Of a stretch of 64,000 bases of DNA, positions 1 to 14,277 are shown piece by piece. The DNA is taken from contig JAWMAR010000419.1 in assembly GCA_036785375.1 (NCBI GenBank), positions 558,001 through 622,000 on the forward strand, written 5' to 3'. The first letter of the stretch is position 1; the number at the start of each line of letters is the position of its first letter. The translations under genes were made by a program, and so were the position numbers. Source of the stretch: Leucoraja ocellata (taxonomy: Eukaryota). A model generated the notes under the pieces. It saw only the letters and a program-made list of their open reading frames with translations, did not search any database and was not told where the DNA came from.

Positions 1-744
1 AAAGTTAAAAAGCTGGAGAGCTCATCCAGTGAGGCAATAATGGTAGATTTCAGGAATAAGAATAGATAATCATCATAGGGTTATACTACAGTCGTCCGTT
101 CTCCCCCCCCCCCCCCCCCCCAAATAGCCATCAGACAATGGAGGTAAAGATGAAGATCTATTGTGGAAAGATGTGAAAGCAACAAGGCAGTTGCACTGGG
201 TTACTTTAATTTCCCCAAAATTTACTAGGACTCCCTTAGTGAGCGAGAATTAGATGGGGCAGAGTTTGTAAGATGCATCAAGTAGTTTCTTTATACAGCG
301 AGTTGATTATCTAACCAAAGAAGGCATGTATTGGGAAATGAGCCTAGCCAGGTGAATGGAATTTCAGTGGGGAGGGGAAATTTTGGAAGTTATCATAACT
401 AAGTTATCAGATAGTTGTGGACAAGGGAGGGGGTTAATGCCACCTTGAGGAAAGGCTAATTACAACAGCATTAGGCAGAAGTGGGGAGAGTAGATTGGGA
501 GCGGCCGTTTTCTTGGGCAAATCCCCACCTGACCTGCTGGAGTTGTAAAGAGCAGCTGGATAGGATTCAGGACCAACATGTGCCAGTGAGGAAGGAGGAC
601 AAGGTTTGGGTACCTTAGACAAGGAGATATGTTGCAGACGCAAGTCAAAAAGAAAAAGTACAAGGTTTAGGACGCTGAAATCCATCAGGGTTCTGAGGAA
701 TATAAAGAAGCAAGAGAAATAAGGAAGTTTAAAAAGAGTCATAC

Positions 745-1405
745 TTTTGTAAATTGTATAAAAATCAAAAATTTCTGGACGGATATTTTTAGAATAATTT
801 CTGAAGTTGTTAATATCCAATTGGATCCCGACTCAAAACTAATAATATTAGGAATATCAGAACAAAGCCTAAAACTTACAACAAGCCAAAGGAACTTCCT
901 TGATTATAGTATAATAACTGGGAAAAAATTTATATTAAAATTTTGGGAAAAATCCAACAACCCCCACAATTAAAATGTGGATTATGGAGATGTCGGAGAC
1001 CTTACATTTGGAAACAACTAGACTTGTCTTAATTGACAAACAAGAATTATTTGCTAAAATATGGTCTCCATTTATTGATGTTCTGAAAGGGTAAATTTGT
1101 CCGGCATGGAAGCCCGACTGAAGCTTGAACCCAGGATTAGATGAATGGTTATGTTTTATAATCTACGGACCTATCTCCAAAGTTGTATTATTGGTAATTT
1201 ATTCTATTCTTTTTAATCATTTTTTTTCTCCCTTCTTCCTATCTATAAAAGAAATAAACAAATATAAGCTGTGTAATTGATAAATGAGGACCCCAACTAT
1301 TTTGATAGCAGGGATCCCAACTATTAACAATATGTAATTGATAAACAAACTATCTTCTAATATATGCTTGTATATGCTTCTAATAAAAATATTATTAAAA
1401 AAAAG
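745..1405 (+). mobile_element. L1-clade 3' fragment
   Basis: ORF2 C-terminus (ITGKKFILKFW...) homologous to 32711-32923, AATAAA and A-rich tail. Confidence 0.65.
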
Positions 1406-2190
1406 TTATGAATATGTAATTGATGAGTAGGATTAAAGGGAATCCCGTCATTTTATCCCTACAGCATAAGAACGCCGCAGGAGATCCTTTTCCCCTGTGG
1501 CTTTCAAACTGTACAATTCCTCCCCCTCTGTCATGGGGTAGACCGACCTCTCTCCCCCTCTTTCCCCCCCCCCAATCTTTGCACAACCCCAATTCTGGAC
1601 TCTCCACTCATCACTTTAATTTCATCTTTCATGTATTTTGTGTTGTATGACGGTTAGCAGACCAATTTCCCTCTTGGGCTAAATAAAGTTCTATTGTATC
1701 ATATATTAAACACAGGAGGGTAAATCAGGAGCAGGCGGAATGGGCGAGGTTCTAAACAAGTACTTCACATTGGTATTTATTATGGTGGTCTGTAGTGAGA
1801 TCAGTATGGATTATGTTGATATTCTAGGCATGTTGATATAAAGGTGGTGATGCTGGTTCTCTTGAAGAGAATTGAGGTGGGATATATCCCAGGGTATTGA
1901 GCGGGGCAAAAGGAGATTGCTGGGCCTTGACAGGAGCAGGACTGGAGAATAGTCAATGTGTGTTTAAGAGCAGAAATACTGATAAACCTGGATAGGATCG
2001 GCCAATGTGCCTTACCTCAGGGAAACTATTATAAGTACTTAAGGATAGGGTCTACTCACATTTGGAAAGCACGGACTTATTGAGGATAGTCAGCATGGCT
2101 TTGTGGGAGAGTTTTTACAAATTTGATTTTTTTTTTTTTTTTTTATAAAGAAGGTGATGAAAATGATTGATGAGGGTAGGTCAGTGGATA

Positions 2191-3200
2191 TCTATATTAC
2201 TAAAAGTCTGATCTTGACCGCTTTTGGCCCACTGTGCTGCGATTTCCGAGAGAAAGCCGCCACCTAAGGCTGTCATTTTTGGCCACCTCGCTCAGAGCCC
2301 ACGTCTGCCTTCCTGGACCAGAGGATTTTTCCCATCGATGAAAAATCAGAGAGATACTAATGTTTTTTTTTAAATCACCATTCTCTCTGCTGCCCCTGCT
2401 GGAGGGAGGGGGAGGGACTATAAAACCAGGTGTGCCTCAATCAGTCTCTGCAAGATGGAGGTCACGTCTCTCTGAGCTCTGAATAACACTGAACACATGT
2501 CTACTAAACTGTGAGTGCCCTTAATGTGGTTTGAAAATGAAAATATGGTTGGTTTGAAGTAAAAAGGCATGCTTGCAAATGGTTGTTTGAGAGGATTGGG
2601 TTGAAGTAAAAAGGCACTCCCTCTCTCCCCACCTCTATCCCCCCCCTCCCGCTCTCTCCACCCCCCCCTCTCTCCCCCCTCTTTCTCCCCCTCCCTCTCC
2701 CCTCCACACCCCCCATCCCCTTCCCTCCACCCTCCCTGCTCCCCTCACCCCCCTCTCTCCCCGTCACTCAGCACCCTCTCCCCCCCCCCTCCCCCTCTTT
2801 CTCTCCCCCTCCACACCCTCCTCCATCCTCCCTCCCCGGCCCCCATCCTCTTCCCTCCACCCTCCCTGCTTCCCACTTCTCCCCCCTTCCCCCTCTCAGC
2901 ACACCCTCCCTCTCACCCCCTTTCCCCTACCTTTCCCCCCTCACCCACCCTCCCTCTTATCCTCCCCTCCACCCCCTCTCCCTGTCTCTGCCTCTCTCTG
3001 TCTCTGCCCCTTCTCTCTCTGCCCTCGCCCTCACCCTCTGCCCCCGCGCCCCCCCCCCGCCCAGATGTGACTGCAAGGTTGGGGCTATGCGTTAGTAGAT
3101 AGGGTGGTTATGGGGTAAAAGGAGCATATTAATAATATGAATATAATATCGAGGGGGATAATTAGCGTGTGTGCGGGGGGGGGGGGGGGGGGGCGCAATT
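2191..3200 (+). mobile_element. Non-autonomous Helitron-like element (5' end plus C-rich interior)
   Basis: starts A|TCTATATTACTAAAA inside a CR1; homologous to minus copies at 21.3-23.7 kb; 3' boundary approximate. Confidence 0.65.
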
Positions 3201-3945
3201 GGGAGATCAAATAGTTATATATATGAACATCAGTACAACTTTGAACAAGGTCCCTTATGGTAGATTAATCCAGAAGATTAAGACACATGGGATCCATGGA
3301 GATTAGGTGGACTGGATTCGAAATTGGCTTGGTCATAAAAGACAGAAGGTAGTGGTGGAGGAGTGTTATTCTAAAGGGGGGTCTGCAACTTGTGGGCCAG
3401 TTGGAAATATGGGCAGAGAAATGGCAGGTGGAATTTAATCTGGAGAACCATGTAGTGTTGCAATTGGGAGATCAAATAGAAGAGAATCACAGGACCCTTC
3501 TGAGCATTGAAGAACAGAGAGATCTTGAGGTGAAAGTCCACGGTGCCCTGAAAGTGGTGCCACTATCAGACAGGGTGGCAAAGGTGGCATTTGACATGCT
3601 TGCCTTTCTTGTTCATGGCGCCAAGTATAAAAGCCAGAAAGGTCATGTTGCAGCTGTCTAAAATTTTGGCGAGGTTTCATTTGGAGTACTGCATGCAGCT
3701 CTGGTTGTTTCATTACAGGTAGTATGTGGAGGCTCTGGAGAGAGCGCACAAGAGGTTCACCAGGATGCTGCCTGATTAGAGTGTATTAAATATAAGGAGA
3801 TATTGGGCTAACTTTGATTGTTTTCTCTGGAACGTCAGAGACCGAAGGGTGTCCCAGTAGAAGTATAAAAATTAAAAAAAATAATGAGAGGCATACACAG
3901 GGTAGATAGTTATAAAGTTTTTTTCTCAGGTTGGAAATGTCAAAT

Positions 3946-4240
3946 GGGCAGCACAGTGGTGCAGCGGCACAGTTGTTGCTTTACAGCACTTTCAGCGCCA
4001 GAGACGCGGGTTCAATCCCGATAACAGGTGCTGTCCCTACGGAGTTTATATGTTCTCCCCGTGGGTTTTCTCTGAGATCTTGGGTTTCCTCCCATACTCC
4101 AAAGATGTATAGGTATGTAGGTTAATTGGCTTTGTATAAAAAATATAAAATTGCCCCTAATGTGTAAGGTAGTGTTAATATGTGGGGATTGCTGGTCGGC
4201 ATGGACTCGGTGGGCCAAAGGGCTTATTTCCAAACTAAAT
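3946..4240 (+). mobile_element. tRNA-derived V-SINE (HE1-like)
   Basis: A/B boxes, V-domain GGTTTCCTCCCA..CCAAAGA..GTAGGTTAATTGG, CR1-type tail. Confidence 0.8.
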
Positions 4241-4960
4241 ACCAACAGGCATGAGGTAAGAGGGAAGGTCAAAGAGATTTACAAGGCAAATTTATGCAGA
4301 TGTGCAATTTTGCATTTGGCATCATCATCACCACAAACATCGCCGGCCAATGGGCCTGTTCCTGTGCTGGACTGCTCCACATTCTGATTATCTAAATATT
4401 TCTTATGTACAATTTATTGTATTTGGTTCTCTGAATTAGATAGAGCCAGAACCACTGACAGCAAATGATCTAAGTTATATTAAATATTTCTCAGTCTTCA
4501 GTGACTATTTCTCACAGGCTTTAACATAGTTAATTGATGTCCAGACCTAAAGAGTCAAAGTCCCAGAATTTCCTTCATTATCTGGCAGAGACAGAGAGGA
4601 ATTACCAGAACTGCAATACAACCTGACAGATTAATTGCCATCTTTGATCATCAATGCCATTATGCTTGTATAATGCAACTGATTAAATCCCAAAGGTGCA
4701 CAAAATAGATCATAGGTAGATATTTTTCATCTAATAATTCTCACGAGCCACACTTTGTGGTAGATTTATAATGGAGTCGAGTGAAAAAGCTCATTTCGAC
4801 AACGGATGAAAGAAGAGCTAATTTCTACAACAGAGTAGACTAAGGATGCCAGAAATGTCCTACTTTCTCATCAGTTTTCTTCCCTTCACCAGTGGCAACA
4901 ATACTTATATGACAAGTGAACAATGAAAAATAAAATGTGAGTATTATGTCTGGAATGTAA

Positions 4961-5255
4961 AGGACAGCACAGTGGCGCAGGAGTAGAGTTGCTGCATTAC
5001 CACACTTACAGCGCCAGAGACCTGGGTTAGATCCAGACTATGGATGCTGCCTGTACGGAGTTTGCACGTTCTCCCCATGACAGCGTGGGCTTTCTCCGAG
5101 ATCATCGGTTTTCTCCCACACTCCAAAGCCATACAGGTTTGTAGGTTAATTGGCTTGGTATAAAATGTAAATTGTCCCTAGTGTGCAGTATAGTGTTAAC
5201 GTGGGTTGAAGGGCCCGGTTACATGCTGTATCTCCAACTAAACCAAAAACTAAAC
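4961..5255 (+). mobile_element. tRNA-derived V-SINE (HE1-like)
   Basis: same family; ends ~30 nt from the DNAJB11 exon 9 donor. Confidence 0.8.
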
Positions 5256-5287
5256 CAGAATGTAACAATTTAACAATAAATACTTGC

Positions 5288-5447
5288 CATCTTTCTGATT
5301 GTCAGTAAGTTTATCCTTGGGAAAATCCACATCAAATGTTATTATTAGGGAACCCCTAATGTTGTTATTGTCAAAATTTGGTAATCCCTCTCCTTTCTTC
5401 CATAGTTTTGCACCAGGTTTTGTAATCTTGTCTCTAACTACATGAAC
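5288..5447 (-). CDS. DNAJB11: DNAJB11 exon 9 (probable GC donor); final exon not found in window
   Basis: [53 protein letters not shown]; 160 nt ending G|GCAAGT. Confidence 0.93.
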
Positions 5448-5631
5448 CTGGGAAAAGATACAAGATAAAATTAAAACAATTTTCCAGAGATAATATTAAA
5501 TTTTCTTAATACAATCTTAAAGTGCAATTATTTTCTACTTTAAAGAAAATGACAGACTTAATTGTGAAGAGTATAACAAAACTTGTTAGAATGGTCTATT
5601 AAAAGTTTGACGATGAATTTGAACTCCGTAC

Positions 5632-5743
5632 CTTGTGCCCATCCAAATGTGAAATATCCATTTCAAAACCTATGAGTGCTTCCACTAATGAAATTGTGAC
5701 ATTTGTATAGAGGTCATCACCCCGTCTTTCAAATACGGGGTGC
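5632..5743 (-). CDS. DNAJB11: DNAJB11 exon 8
   Basis: [37 protein letters not shown]; 112 nt. Confidence 0.97.
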
Positions 5744-5859
5744 CTAAAGTAAAAGAAAGCAACTGATGAGATTAAATAATTACTTAGTATAACTTACCAC
5801 GTTAAAGTTCATTAAACAGAACCATTTTGCATAGAGCTTGCACCAGAGTCGAGATACCC

Positions 5860-6050
5860 AATCTGCTGAATTAACTCAGCGGGACAGGCAGCATCTCTGG
5901 AGAGAAGGAATGGGCGAGGTTTCAGATGCTTCAGTGACCTGAGGCATCACTCATTCCTTCTCTCCAGAGATGCTGCCTGTCCCGCTGAGTTACTCCAGCA
6001 TTTTGTGTCCACCTTCGATTTAAACCAGCATCTGCAGTTCTTTCCTACAC
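5860..6050. repeat. Penelope-derived fold-back repeat
   Basis: inverted arms gcagcatctctggagaga / tctctccagagatgctgc. Confidence 0.75.
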
Positions 6051-6453
6051 AATCAAGTCCTCCATCTCTGTTATCATTCTGGTAAACCTCTTCTATATAA
6101 TTTTAAAACTTCTCTATTTGTCAACTGTTGTGCCTCAAACTGGATATATTTTTCCAGCAGAAACCCAACAGTATACGACAATTTTTTTTCTTTAAAAAAA
6201 AACTATTTACTTATTACCAAGCTTTTTTAAAAATGTGAATTTACTACACCTTCTAATATTTACAAAGATATACACATCCCGACATCGTAACCTCTGTTCC
6301 CATATTTTTCATTTAAAATTGTACTATTTAATTTATATTTCCTCCACCCATTGGATTGAAAATCTACCTCTCTGCATCTTGGCTGACAAAATTGAGATAA
6401 AAGAAAGGAAATCCACCAACAGTCTTAAATAAAGTAAATAAAAGAGCTCTCAC

Positions 6454-6511
6454 TTTAAAACCTTTATTTTGAATTTCAGGTCACCTGGCTCTCCATCTAT
6501 ATGTGGTTCAC
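6454..6511 (-). CDS. DNAJB11: DNAJB11 exon 7
   Basis: GEPHIDGEPGDLKFKIKVLK; 58 nt, AG/GTGAGA. Confidence 0.96.
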
Positions 6512-9500
6512 CTATAGAGAAAAGAGAATGTACAACTTCATTTCTGCACAATAAAGTTGGCAATTTTAGTTATCATTTGTCACCATTTTACAATAGCAAA
6601 ATGCAGAATCTTACTTTAATATGTTGACTTATGGATACATTCATCTTTATGCACATTTGTGCCATAAGGCACCAACAGATCGGTGCTGGCATTGGTTGAG
6701 AAGGTGAGATGAATTCAAACTCATTTGGGCTTTTAGAAGCATGGGCGGAAATCCCAGGGAGGGGCCAAGGGCCAAACCCATTGAAATCCCCACTTTCCGC
6801 GAGACAGTGGGGGTGGGACTGCTGATCGAGGGCGCCGCTTGGACGAGAGCGCCGTCAGTCAGCAGGCAATGGGCAGAGACCATGATGATTCAGCGCGATG
6901 ATTGGAGGAGGGAGACGTCCTGGTGAAGCAAAGATCAATGAGCGGAGCTTGAATTGCATGCCCAGGTCATAGGTAAACATGCGAAAAACACTCTCGGCAG
7001 CCCTGGACACGGACCTGCGCCTCATCCGCAGCCAGGATCGATCCCGGCTCTCCAGCGCTGCAATCACTGCCGAACCACCACTGGACCATCCCCGTCCCCA
7101 CCTGAGTGGCCCCCCCCCCCCAAGCCCAGGGGTGGCCAGAGACGTCTGGAGTCAGACGGGAACAGAAATGTTATTTGTGTACGCTTCGTTGTCACCTTCT
7201 CCTAGCTAACAATGATAAATTCTACATTTTCGTTATGTCTCGTTTTCACACCTTATCTTTCCATATCACCGTGTCTCCCTCTCCCCTGACTCTTTGTCTG
7301 AAGAAGGGTCTCGACCCAATACGTCACACATTCCTTCTCTCCAGAGATGCTGCCTGTCCCTGAGTTACTCCAGCATTTTGTGTATACCTTCGTAGTTACT
7401 TCAAACATGAGTGGCCATTGAAATTGACAAGCAATTGCTTTTACTGACGCTTGCGGGATACAACAGACAGCTTTTTGTATTTTTAGCTTGCAGTAAAAGT
7501 AAAATTATTGACATTGAAAAGTCTTTAATTTTTGAAATTCCAAGTGGAAAAAGAACTTTGCTATTGAGTCTGAAACTGTCAGCCCCCAATCTCCTTTGAC
7601 CGACTGATACAATTCTTTGTATCACATGATTTTCTAGAACAAGAAGTTTGTTTGGAAATTAACTATCACGTTATAGCCGACCTAAGAGGATTCGTAAAAA
7701 GATAAGTTTTACAGGGATTTGGTAATACAGTTGAATAAAAGGTTTTACGAAGGGAATAGTTGGTCCGAAACATCTTAACACCCTGCCATGTGTGAAACAA
7801 TGAAGGCAAATTAACTTGGGGATGATTTGAAAGGCTACTTTCAGGAGGCCGCAGAAACAACTTGAAGTAGATCAGGAAGCTGAAGCTACTTCAATAGTTG
7901 GTAACCCCCTGGAGTCAGCAATGTTACTACAACTGGCAAGCATGTCTGGATACCATTGGCAGGGTTTAGAATAAGCTGGAATAAAGGAGCCAGCAATTAT
8001 AGTATTTCAGCACAAAAGAACGAACCAAAAATATGAACAGTGATGCGAAAATAAAAGGAGAATTTTGTAATGAAGTCGTTTTGGTAGCAAGCAAGATAAC
8101 AATTTGTAACAGGATACAAGTGGTTGGGTTAACATCAGCCAGCAGCTGAGAAAAGGAATGGAATTCAATCAACGGCGCTGTCTTCCCAATGTTAGGCTGA
8201 TGGAATTCCATGCAAAACTTAGCATTATACAAGAACCAGATAGAGTGATACAGCTTGGAAACAGGCCCTTCAGCCCAACTTGCCCACACCCTTTCCAGCT
8301 TGAGAACATCTTTCGTATAACATGGTGCCCAGAACTGAACACAAGACTCTAAATGCAGTCTCACCAATGTCTTATACAACTGCAACATGACCTCCCAACT
8401 TATGTACTCAATACTCTGACTGATGAAGGCCAAAAGCCTTTTTGAATACCTTATCATCCTGCGACTCCACATGATACAGATGTTCATGGCACTGGTCGGT
8501 GAAAAGTGATCAACACACACACACATAATGTACTCAATACACGTGGAATTTGACCGCACTGTTTCATCTGTTATTGTCAGGACAATATTTGTCCAATCTC
8601 TCCTGATAACTTAATCCCCACCAATCCAGGCAATATCCTTGCTCATTGTTTCTGCATCCTCACTATCTTATCACAGCTCTCATACGGTGTGGTGACCAGA
8701 AAAGGTTGGGAGGCTTTCAAAAGAGAATAGGAAGATTGCAGGGCCAACACGATTATGGATCACTGGTTGATGAGAAATATTACGGTCTGGTCTGAAAAGA
8801 GGAGGCTTACATCAGGTATCGGCAGATGGGATCAAGGGAGAATATGGAAATAGGAATACATACAAAAAGGAAATTAGGATGATGAAGAGATATCTCTGGC
8901 AGGCAAGATAAAGGTCTGAAGAAGGGTCTCGATCTGAAATGTCACCCAATCATTCTTTCCAGAGATGCTGCCTGTTCCACTGAGTTACTCCAGCATTTGG
9001 TATCTACCCAAGATAAAGGATAATTTGAACAGATTATGTCAATATTAAAGCCAGGGAGAGCGTAGGTTCAGGAAATGATCTAACTTCTTTATCCTTCTTC
9101 ACCGTAAATGCAGACTACAATTTATTTACTGCGGAGAATAATATGAGTTTAAATGAGGGAAGAGTAACTTCCTGGAGCATTAACACAATCAAAGGTACCG
9201 GACGTCTTGAAATGTATAAATAATGCAATATCATGTATTTTGGGAAATTAAACCAGGGCAGGACAGACATCATGAATGCAGTGGCCAGGGGAATGTTGAC
9301 GTTTAAAACGACTTGGCAAATCACGCAGTAGAAGGAAAGTTGAGGATGCTGTCATTCCATGAATAAAAATAATAAAAACAAAAATCTTATAATCATGTGC
9401 GAAAGGGAGATGCTATTGCATGTCAGCCAGTCAAGCCAGCAACATTGCAGTCCCCAGAACGTCAGTTTGAAGAGATGGAAAAAAATGGACCAAAAGATTT

Positions 9501-9665
9501 CTTCCATTCAAGAAAAGGATGATGCAAACTGTAATTTTATCTTTTTACTTCAAAGAGCATAAAGTATCTTACTCAAAACTTTGAAAGACATGCCTAAATA
9601 ACATTATCCCAGAGCCCTCCCCCCCCCATATAGCCTGTTAGTACTAAATGGAACACAATACGTCA

Positions 9666-9797
<132 letters not shown>

Positions 9798-10216
9798 TCA
9801 TTTGATTGGCGTCAAGACTGAGCTTTGTGATTACAACTTCCCCACAACAAAGCCTACCAGATATATCCAATAAATAGGATGGGCTACATTTAGAAAACAA
9901 CTCTCACTCGTACGAAAAAACATTATTCTTTATGTTTAAATGAATTGTCACTTCATACTCTTCAGGATTCAATTTATACATTTTCATATGAGAATTTTGT
10001 CATACAAAGATGATCATAATGTTCCAACTCAAAAGATAGATAGTTGTTGAACTACAGTGTCCCTCGTAGTATAATCCAAAACACCAAGAGCAACAAATGC
10101 TTTTTTTTTTGCTTAAAATATTAATTACTTAAAATGTTATAATGTCAGCCATTTTTTGTTTACTGGCCCCACAGGCTCCTCAATGACAAAATACAAAATA
10201 TGAAAAGCAGTACTTA

Positions 10217-10369
<153 letters not shown>

Positions 10370-10828
10370 TTACCACCGTTTAGCTTCATCAAGTTATCAA
10401 TGATTTAAACGATTGCATATTTTTTAAAATCCATTATCCACAAAAGCAAAGTAACACCAATATATCGGTAAAATTGGTAATGAATACTCTTATCCTTGGC
10501 TTAATGGATAAGTATAACTGTGTGGTTAAGCAGAAAAATGGACCAGGATGATTTTTGGCGAGTTATTCATATTGAGCCAGGATAAAGGTTACGGGGAGAA
10601 GGCAGGAGAATGGGATTTAGAGGGAAAGATAGATAATCCATGATTGAATGTCATAGCAGACTCGATGGGCCGAATGACCTAATTATTCTCCTACGTCATG
10701 AACGCATGATAATAGAGGTGGTGGGTAGAAAGACTATTATTGTTCATCCACTGTCCAGCAATGCCTGATGCCCACAGACAACATCCACCGTATATCAAAC
10801 TTAAAAAGTAAAAAAACGTTTCTGAAGA

Positions 10829-11112
10829 GTTTAGAGACACAGCATGAACATTGGCCCATCAAGTCCGCATCGACCAACAATCAGACCGTTCACTAGTTCT
10901 ACCCTACACCCAAAGTACAATTTGCAGAAGCAAAATTAACCTACAAACCTGCGCATCTTTGGAATGTGGGAGAAAACCAGAGCCCATAGAAAATCCACGC
11001 GGCCACAGGGAAAACATGCAAACTCAGTGCAGACAGCACTCGTAGTCAGGATCGAACCCAGGTCTCTGGCACTGTAAGGCAGCAACTCTACCGCTGTGCC
11101 ACTGTGTCGCCC
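10829..11112 (-). mobile_element. V-SINE (HE1-like)
   Basis: reverse-complement match to family. Confidence 0.75.
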
Positions 11113-12154
11113 AGAGGGTGAATATTAAACTATTCCCAGCAAAGTTTTGAGGAAAATAGGGATGCAAGAACAAAAATTGGTGACATTAAAAATGAAAAAC
11201 TAAGCAATCTATTAAGTGAACTTCAATGCACGATTCCTTATTTACAAGAAAACTGGCTATGAACTTCTTTGCACTGACATGATCCTATCCCCAATGCTTG
11301 TATTTTATATTATGCAACTGAGTTTTAATTTAAACCTTTGATCAACAGAGTGCAGAGATTGCTGCAACTTTTTACAACAATTCAAAAATTCTAAATAGAC
11401 ACAGTAACCACCCCTTTACAAAAAAAAAAAAAAAAAGCCTGCTATGAGCCGTAAATTACTGATGGAAATAATTTTACATCCCATCAACAGATCACAGGTG
11501 CAACCACACAAAAACTCACCCAACCATGTCTCTCAAAGCTATCTTGCTGGTGTTACTTTGCTTTCATGGCCAATGCATTTCAAGAATAGGATGTTCGTTG
11601 ACAGAAGGACAGCATGTTCAACCGGAAACATTCACCCAAAATTTGCAGCTGTATTAACGGCAGAGTGCAATTTGTTGCAAATCTAACAGCAACACGGGGA
11701 TTTTCATGCATGAGTGGCGTAAAAATCTCACAGCTTCCGTCAAAGTTCAATGCTCCTCCACGGATCGCGACACTTCACAGTTAACTTCATAACTCAGGGA
11801 AACATCCCAAAAATATCATGCTTTATTGCACAAGTTTTCAAAACTGCAATTAACTACAATTTCTGCCTTCTACTAGGTATCATGCTCCAATCCTTTGTCG
11901 TGGAATTTAGCAACTCAATACTTGGAAGCAGTAGGAAAAGTCTTCACCCATTCCATAAGCTAGCCGCTGGTGCTGTGGGTTTAATTTAAATCTCTGTGAA
12001 AACCATCCCCCAATTTGGACACTGCCTTGATTGTCCACTTTGTAACTTTAAAGGCTTATACTTCCATTTAGCTTTGCCAGGAATAAATGATTGAATTAAT
12101 GAATGTAATAAACCCATTAGATATCCTGTGCACACTTAAAACAACTCAAGTCAA

Positions 12155-12523
12155 CTTAAGGGGTTGGACAGGCTAGATGCAGGAAGATTGCTCCCGATGT
12201 TGGGGAAGTCCAGGACAAGGGGTCACAGCTTAAGGATAAGGGGGAAATCCTTTAAAACCGAGATGAGAAGAACCCTTTTCACACAGAGAGTGGTGAATCT
12301 CTGGAACTCTCTGCCGCAGAGGGTTGTCGAGGCCAGTTCATTGGCTATATTTAAGAGGGAGTTAGATGTGGCCCTTGTGGCTAAGGGGATCAGAGGGTAT
12401 GGAGAGAAGGCAGGTACGGGATACTGACTTGGATGATCAGCCATGATCATATTGAATGGCGGTGCAGGCTCGAAGGGCCGAATGGCCTACTCCTGCACCT
12501 AATTTCTATGTTTCTATGTTTCT
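12155..12523 (+). mobile_element. CR1 3' fragment (young subfamily)
   Basis: near-identical to 3' end of 55899-58420. Confidence 0.9.
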
Positions 12524-14277
12524 AAGTCAGAAAAGAAGCTCCCCACACTATGTCAACATTTGCCCTTCAACATGACGATAATCTTTTAGCGTGTAGGAAG
12601 GAACGGCAGATACTGGTTTACACCAAAGATAGACAAAAAATGCTGGAGTAACTCAGTGGGACAAGCAGCATCTCTGGAGAGAGAGGGAAAGGGTGACTTT
12701 TCAGGTTGAGACCCTTCTTCAGACTTTTAGCAGCAGTAGAATGGAATACCAAATGTCCATATTTTGATAGAGGAAGGAGTGAATGACTTGGGCTAGGACA
12801 AAAAATATTCAGACCGTTAAAGGAGTTGTGCATGTTTTGATCCGAGTCACCCTGAGGCTGGTTGATAATGAAGAGAAACAGACATTCTCTTGCAGACCTT
12901 CTTGTTAGAATCTCTAAACTCCAAGTACATCACGTTTGCCCATGATTTGAACACAAAGACAACAATAAACAGTTAACTACAGCTATGTCTTTAACATTTT
13001 GAGTGTAGACAAGTAACTTTGCAGAACTACACATTTACAATTTGAGAATATTGTAGCTACCAAGATACCTCTGAATAATAATGGACACAAAATTCTGGAG
13101 TAACTCAGTGGGACAGGCAGCATCTCTGGAGAGAAGAAATGGATGACCTCTGAATACCTTTTCATAATATTTCAAATGGAAGGTCTAAACGTTTGAGGCC
13201 AGGGAACCTAAATGCCCCCAAATTAGTGTTATGAGGGCTGACCCATGCATATACACAAATACAGCAATTATTGATCAACAGGCAAATATGCCTATGACCA
13301 TACTCGATGTGCCAAATGACAAATAAATCTGGTCTGGAAGCTTCCTGCATCTCCATCAGAATAGTGTGAACGGGTTATGATTACGTCAGTAGACAAACTG
13401 CTTACAAAGCTGACCTTTTAATTTCATACTAAATACTGCTTTCAATGTACAGTCGAACAGATTGTGGGTTGAGAAGGAAACATTACTCTGTACTCCAGAA
13501 GAATGGTTATAACCAATGAGGACTTTTGACTCCAAAGAGCGTCTCCGTGTCATGTAAGTGATCAACTTGCTTGTCATGGGAAAGGGTCCATTATGCATTC
13601 TGCCTGGACACATCTAGCAAAGGATGCCGAGGCTTCTGGAGCATCTGCAAGAACTTCTGAAGCTGTTAGAGGGACAGCACTGTGCTGCTGGACAGGTGGG
13701 ATGCCAAGATCATGGCCTCACATAAGAACACGCAATTGCAGGGATTGCGACAATTAACAAAACATTTCCCCACTGGATATCAAGGGGAGAGTAATTGCCC
13801 TTGTGGTCGAGGCCAGGCTACAGTACTTACCAAAATCCCAGGGTGGGTTTACAACTGGGAGATCCACAACCCAGACCACCACCTCAGTGTGGCAACTGCA
13901 CGAGAAGTGCCGAGAGTGAAGACCGTTAGATATTGCCTTTATCAACCTCACCGAGGACGGTGTCAGTAGGAGCAGTTTATTCAAACTGCTGAAAACATGC
14001 AGCTGTCTGGAGCTGCACAGGGTGATCTACAAGGGCTACGCTGGAAATCCTCTCCAACCACAGCAGAGTTACATTGGGTTAAATCAGTGTCCATGCTATT
14101 CGGCATATTCCTCTCATTTCTGCTCTCATGTGTCTCCAGCCCATCCACACAGAGCCTGCCTACACACCGGGCCCAGTGGAAAACAGCTCAACCTTACTCC
14201 GGGAGCCCACCAAAGGAGAAGCAGGTCCTCATTGGAGAGATGGCCCCCACACATATGATGCTGAAGGTAATCAAAAT

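Larger units (their letters stand above)
1..3945 (+). mobile_element. Old degraded CR1 LINE interrupted by L1, Rex1-type tail and Helitron insertions
   Basis: recognisable CR1 ORF2 remnants (gtcagcatggctttgtg, aaggtcccttatggtagattaatccagaag, WAEKWQVEFN). Confidence 0.7.

Noticed and set aside
3946-4030. tRNA gene
   Set aside because: tRNA-like head of a V-SINE; continues into SINE body
1-5280. DNAJB11 final exon (..VYNGLQGY)
   Set aside because: Not found by eye on the minus strand; presumably outside the window
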